This document shows, in pieces, positions 35,567 to 39,836 of a stretch of 39,836 bases of DNA. The stretch covers positions 1 through 39,836 of IMG/VR virus record IMGVR_UViG_3300048855_000212; one strand, 5' to 3'. The DNA comes from a virus (Duplodnaviria > Caudoviricetes). The stretch's first letter is position 1. Each line of letters begins with the position of its first letter. The notes below the pieces were generated by a model, which was given only the letters and a program-made list of their open reading frames with translations, had not been told where the DNA came from and made no database searches. The translations under genes were made by a program, and so were the position numbers.

Positions 35567-36247
35567 ATGGAAAAATCAGACGACGAAAAATCAAATTCCG
35601 TTGGATCCCGGTTAAGGGCAGCACGGCTTTTGCTGGGGCTTAGCCAGAAACAAGTGGCTGAGAAAGCCGGCTTGAGCCAGGTTTCAATCCAGCATCTGGA
35701 GTCAGGGCGTAACGAGAATTCAAGGCACTTGGTAAATGTTGCTCAGGCTGTAGGTGTCAGGCCTGAATGGCTGCTTACAGGGGTAAACCCTATGGTTTCT
35801 GGGCCGATAGCGGTCGCAAGGCCAGCATCTCCAGGCCTCCATGTCGTGATCGAACCTCTTACCGCTACCTTTTCCTCCGAAGATGAATCCGAGGTCACAC
35901 CCGGGTTGCCTTTCAGTTACGAATGGCTGGACCGACAAGGCCTTGATCCAGCGAACCTTCGGGTCGTGTGGGCAGAAGACAACTCTAACTTCCCGACCGT
36001 CTCCCGCGGGGATTCGCTTCTGATTGATCGCACCCAAGTAGAGCCGCGCAATGGCCAGATGTATGCGATTCTGACGCCGAGTGACGACGTGGTAGTGCGG
36101 CGCTTGATCCATGACTTTCACGGGGGCTGGTCGCTTGTGCCTGATAACCGTGGAAACCCTCGATTCCCAGACTTCCAGCTTTCCGATGACGCGCTTAAGA
36201 CGCTCAACATCCTGGGCATTGTGGTGTGGAGAGGAGGCATGGTGTAG
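35567..36247 (+). CDS. cI: CI-like repressor (XRE HTH + degenerate S24 domain)
   Basis: 'RLRAARLLLGLSQKQVAEKAGLSQVSIQHLESG' HTH; S24-like C-terminus ending 'ILGIVVWRGG'. Confidence 0.9.
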   Translation: MEKSDDEKSNSVGSRLRAARLLLGLSQKQVAEKAGLSQVSIQHLESGRNENSRHLVNVAQAVGVRPEWLLTGVNPMVSGPIAVARPASPGLHVVIEPLTATFSSEDESEVTPGLPFSYEWLDRQGLDPANLRVVWAEDNSNFPTVSRGDSLLIDRTQVEPRNGQMYAILTPSDDVVVRRLIHDFHGGWSLVPDNRGNPRFPDFQLSDDALKTLNILGIVVWRGGMV

Positions 36248-36266
36248 GTCCGGACAGCAAAACACG

Positions 36267-36288
36267 ACCGTCGAGAGGCGGTTTTTTT
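36267..36288 (+). terminator. Terminator after cI
   Basis: ACCGTC-gaga-GGCGGT plus T-run. Confidence 0.75.
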
Positions 36289-36307
36289 GTGCCCAAAGGA
36301 AAATAAG

Positions 36308-36367
36308 ATAACTTTTGTTATTGACGCCCGAGATACTTGCGTTATGATCGCCCCATACAGATGTTAT
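36308..36367 (+). promoter_or_regulatory. OL: three operators overlapping pL
   Basis: ATAACTTTTGTTAT 36308, GATACTTGCGTTAT 36332 and CATACAGATGTTAT 36354; TTGACG-N16-TATGAT promoter. Confidence 0.85.
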
Positions 36368-36383
36368 AGCTTAGGAGTGGGAC

Positions 36384-36689
36384 ATGAAAATCATGACGAT
36401 GGGCAGCTGGAAAGGTCCGCTGGGCGCGGGGCTGGCCCCCCGGGAGCTGGAGGCAACGTTATGGGCTGCAGCTGACCTGACAGCCAAGGAGATCGCGCGG
36501 CTGATGGGCATAACGCCGAAGTCAGTATCGAAGCGCTTGGACGATGCACGCTTCAAGCTTGGCGCTCGCACTGTTCGTGGCTTGGTTCTGGAGGCCTTCA
36601 AGCGAGGCTTGATCAGCTTCGCCAATGTTGCAACACCAGATCCCCAGCAGCACGAGCAGGCTCCTCACGACGGCGTCTTCATCGCATGA
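36384..36689 (+). CDS. LuxR-type HTH protein
   Basis: 'LAPRELEATLW....LTAKEIARLMGITPKSVSKRL...RFKLGA'; AGGAG RBS. Confidence 0.85.
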   Translation: MKIMTMGSWKGPLGAGLAPRELEATLWAAADLTAKEIARLMGITPKSVSKRLDDARFKLGARTVRGLVLEAFKRGLISFANVATPDPQQHEQAPHDGVFIA

Positions 36690-36826
36690 CCGCGTTTGCA
36701 GCGGCGTGCGCCTCCAGCGGGGACGCAGTCCGGTGCTCAGGCTGAACTGACTCTTTACCCAAACAGATTTTGCGAAAGCCATAAAGCGCGGCCGGGATTC
36801 GTTCGGCCGGAAATCAAGGAGATTCC

Positions 36827-37201
36827 ATGCTCATCCTCACCCGCCGCTCAGGCGAAACAATCAAAATCGGCGACGACATAACGGTCACTGTTGTCGGTAT
36901 GCAGGGGGCTCAGGTTCGTGTCGGTATCGATGCTCCGGACTACATTGAAGTCCATCGCGCCGAGATCTACGACAAGATCCAAGCCGAGCGCGCACAGAGC
37001 AGCGTTCATATCGACGAACGAATCAAGGCTGCAGCGTCTGAACCGGTGATGCTGAGCGTCCTCTTTGAATTACCCAATGCCCAAGCTGCTACCGCGCTGA
37101 TCAATCAGATGCCGTCGGGCCAGCGCGTGTTAGGAACTCAGGCGAAAGTGAGCCGCATCGCGCTGATGGCCAAGGAGGTTAGGCATGACCCGCTACGGTA
37201 A
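36827..37201 (+). CDS. csrA: CsrA/RsmA-family RNA-binding protein with C-terminal extension
   Basis: '[19 protein letters not shown]...QVRVGIDAP...VHRAEIY'; Arg44 retained. Confidence 0.92.
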   Translation: MLILTRRSGETIKIGDDITVTVVGMQGAQVRVGIDAPDYIEVHRAEIYDKIQAERAQSSVHIDERIKAAASEPVMLSVLFELPNAQAATALINQMPSGQRVLGTQAKVSRIALMAKEVRHDPLR

Positions 37202-37355
37202 CGGGCCTGTCGGTCGGAGGCTGATTGAGCTGTTCAACGCAATGCAGCGCCGCGAGACCCCGGTGATCAAGATCGCCGAAATGGCGGCGTCCTGCGGCAT
37301 CAACCCGCGCCAGCTTCTTGCCGACCAATTCCGCAGGGGATCATTCGATGCTTGA
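37185..37355 (+). CDS. Small hypothetical protein (56 aa)
   Basis: AAGGAGG RBS before ATG 37185; translated by hand; overlaps both neighbours. Confidence 0.65.
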   Translation: MTRYGNGPVGRRLIELFNAMQRRETPVIKIAEMAASCGINPRQLLADQFRRGSFDA

Positions 37356-38457
37356 GCTCTTGAGTCTGAAGGACCTGTGTGAGGCTTTGGTCATCCAGCG
37401 CTTCGAATCGGTCCACGACGCCGAGCAGGCGCTGGAGCAGTTCGAGAAACTGACGACGCCGGCGGCGGTGCTGGACTTGCTTAATGAGGTTCCGATCATT
37501 CAGCCGGGTCGCCCTTACCTGTTCAGCCTCGCGCCGGACCTGGGAAATTGCACCCTGGACGTGGGCGGCCAGCCGTACCACTTCAATGCTGCGCCAGAGC
37601 TCAAGCTCATTGAAGATAACCAGATCCACCGTGTGATCTTCAGCCTGCCGCCCATCAGCCTCAGCCCGGAGACCCTTCCATCGGTGCAAGACCTGCCCTC
37701 GCAGCAGCGCGTCACGGGCGACAACGAGGTCGACGCGGTGTTGTGGCTGCGCGAGGTGATCAAGACAGGTCAGCCAGGGCCGATCGCTACAGCCCTGGAG
37801 GCGGCGAAGAAGATCAAGACGCCGATGAAGGTTCTCGAAAAGCGCTATAGCGATTTCCTGCATGACGCCCACCCCGGCAACTTCTTCGCGACGTTCAGCG
37901 CCATGGGGTTGGGTGAGCTGGAGAGACTTGCCACCCGGTCAATTGAGACACTTCGGCTCAAGGTAGAAGCTCAGGCGCGCTTTCCGGGGGATACGATCTG
38001 GGATGACACTGCCGCCGAACAGTTCTGCGAACGTGCGTTAAAGCGCTGCAAAGGGTTCAAGGACTACATCAATTATGACGTAGCCGAAGTGGAAAAGCGC
38101 TTTCGAAAATACCCGGACCATATGCCGCATACGCTTTCTGATTGCCTCCACGAGCTGACCTTCTGGCAGACCCTATCGACACTGCGGAGTGCCGCTGGCG
38201 AATGGGGTGATGGCCAGCATGAGGGGATCGCGCGTGGGTGTTTCGTCGAAAGCTTGCTCGCCACCATCCCGCCGCGAGACGCCGATGAGGCCGGAAAGGT
38301 CCTCGACTACCTCGGCGACAAAGACCTCGATCAACACAAGCTGATTGCGATCGCCCGAAATCTGATGTCGGTCGGCGTGACGCACAGCCGTGACGCGTCA
38401 GTTGCACCGCACGAACAACATATGACGCGTCAGGAGGTAGGCCATGGCCGCAGCTGA
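37348..38457 (+). CDS. Hypothetical early protein; N-terminus has an Ead/Ea22-like motif
   Basis: 'TPAAVLDLLNE' motif; 369 aa from ATG 37348. Confidence 0.7.
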   Translation: MLELLSLKDLCEALVIQRFESVHDAEQALEQFEKLTTPAAVLDLLNEVPIIQPGRPYLFSLAPDLGNCTLDVGGQPYHFNAAPELKLIEDNQIHRVIFSLPPISLSPETLPSVQDLPSQQRVTGDNEVDAVLWLREVIKTGQPGPIATALEAAKKIKTPMKVLEKRYSDFLHDAHPGNFFATFSAMGLGELERLATRSIETLRLKVEAQARFPGDTIWDDTAAEQFCERALKRCKGFKDYINYDVAEVEKRFRKYPDHMPHTLSDCLHELTFWQTLSTLRSAAGEWGDGQHEGIARGCFVESLLATIPPRDADEAGKVLDYLGDKDLDQHKLIAIARNLMSVGVTHSRDASVAPHEQHMTRQEVGHGRS

Positions 38458-38788
38458 AGAGTTGAGCGAGAAGTACGTCGCGGACAAAGTTCCTGAGGCA
38501 AAGATGGCAGAGCTCGTCGGCACCACGCGAAGAGCGCTGCAAGGCAAACGTGCCCGCGGAATCATCCCGAAAGGCGTCTGGAACGAGATTGACGGCCGCA
38601 TCTATTACAGCATCAGAAGGTATGAGGCATGGATCGAAAGCCAATGGGACTGCCCACCGGAGTTGAATTCGCGGGCAACTCCATTCGCATCCGGTTCACC
38701 TTTGGTGGTGAGAGACGCTGCGAAACCCTCCCCTATCCCCAAACGCCAAAAGGGATCAAGGCTGCCGCCGATCTACGTGCTCAAGTAA
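38444..38788 (+). CDS. Excisionase-like protein
   Basis: 'MAELVGTTRRALQGKRARG..P.GVW..IDGRIYYS...YEAW'; AGGAGG RBS; overlaps the integrase start. Confidence 0.75.
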   Translation: MAAAEELSEKYVADKVPEAKMAELVGTTRRALQGKRARGIIPKGVWNEIDGRIYYSIRRYEAWIESQWDCPPELNSRATPFASGSPLVVRDAAKPSPIPKRQKGSRLPPIYVLK

Positions 38789-39836
38789 TCAGCCTAGCCA
38801 AGCACGGCGTACTGGATGCGGACAGGTACGCCGACCTCTTTCCGAACTCAAAGCACTCACACCACGGCGCAAAAATGCTCTTCGGAGCATATGCCCAAGC
38901 GTGGCTGAACGGCCGCGAGGTCGTGAACGGCACCCGCAAAAACTACCGTATTTCCCTGAACAAGTACTGGATGCCGCACTTCGCGACGATGCGATCGAAT
39001 ATGTATCGTCTCTGGATCTACGCAGGGTCGTCACCGAGACGAACTGGCTGAGCCAGGAAGTGAAGCGCGCGGCGATCCAGAGGCTGGGGACAATGTTCAG
39101 CTGCGCAGTCGTGGACGGCGTGATCGCACGCAACCCCGTTGACGCGATCGAGCTGCCGGCGCGCCCGAAGAAAGCTCCCGACCCGTTCACCGTGGAGCAA
39201 GCGGACCAGATCATCGCGCGGTTATACGACACACTGAAACACTCCACGGCCATCTACGCGGCGTACTTCGAATTCGCCTTCTACACCGGAATGCGTCCAG
39301 GCGAGATAGCGGCCCTGCGCTGGGATGAGGTGGACAGAGAACGTCGCCTGGCCCACGTCTGCCGGATCGTGGTGGACAAGGTCATCGAGGAGCGAACCAA
39401 GACGAAGACTGCCCGCACGGTAATGCTCAACAGCAGGGCATTGAACGCGCTTCGTGTTGCCGAGGAAGTCGCAACGCTTCGCAGGTCGCAGAAAAAGAGG
39501 ATGCAGCGAGACTCGCCCTACGTATTCCCGCCGACCAGAATCAGCGAGTACCTTCAGCAGGCCAGCCTGACCGACAAATTCTTCAAGGTCGCCGTTGAGG
39601 ACCTCGGCCTTCGGGGGAGACGGCAGTACAACTGTCGACATACCTACGCTACCATGTGCCTCATGGCGGGCATGAACCCCGCATTCATCGCCAACCAGCT
39701 GGGACACAGCGTGCAGATGCTGCTGTCAACGTACGCCAAGTGGATCAACTCAAGCACCGACTGGGGCGAGCTGGACAAACTGGAAACGAAGCTGGTTGGT
39801 ACAAAATTGGTACGGCCTGAATCGCCACCACTCTGA
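38629..39836 (+). pseudogene. int: Tyrosine integrase split by a frameshift near 38992
   Basis: Arm-binding N-terminus ('IRIRFTFGGERRCETL') in one frame; catalytic domain ('TGMRPGE', 'YNCRHTYAT', 'QLGHS', 'TYAKW') in another. Could be a sequencing error. Confidence 0.85.
39796..39813. repeat. TTGGTAC direct repeat (11-bp period) at the integrase 3' end, candidate arm-type site
   Basis: TTGGTAC-AAAA-TTGGTAC read directly; function is inferred. Confidence 0.5.

Larger units (their letters stand above)
2214..39836. mobile_element. Lambdoid siphovirus prophage (HK97-like head), integrase apparently frameshifted
   Basis: Complete ordered set of immunity, replication, lysis, packaging, head, tail and integration genes. 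Left boundary is approximate; the right att probably lies beyond the window. Confidence 0.92.

Overview
Almost the whole window (about 2.2-39.8 kb) is a near-complete lambdoid siphovirus prophage with an HK97-type head. The host is most likely a Pseudomonas, inferred from the gene families and terminator style. On the minus strand run cro, early genes, replication (O-like, DnaC-like, DnaB), Q, holin and spanins, HNH and terminase, head, tail, J, tail fibre and a displaced SleB-type endolysin. On the plus strand run cI, a LuxR-type HTH gene, a CsrA/RsmA homologue, xis and a frameshifted integrase. The first ~2.2 kb looks like the end of a separate integrative element: a coupled DUF6932-like nucleotidyltransferase plus unknown-protein operon (candidate defence or toxin-antitoxin module), PrtN-family and AlpA genes, and a perfect 14-bp tandem repeat. 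Notable signals are a CI repressor that appears to lack the autocleavage residues, LexA-box-like sites (a tandem pair in a tail moron and one in cro), a clean 3+3 operator array, a -1 slippery site in the tail chaperone, a repeat insertion in the tail tube protein and several uncharacterised morons. All family calls come from motif recognition by eye; no database searches were run.
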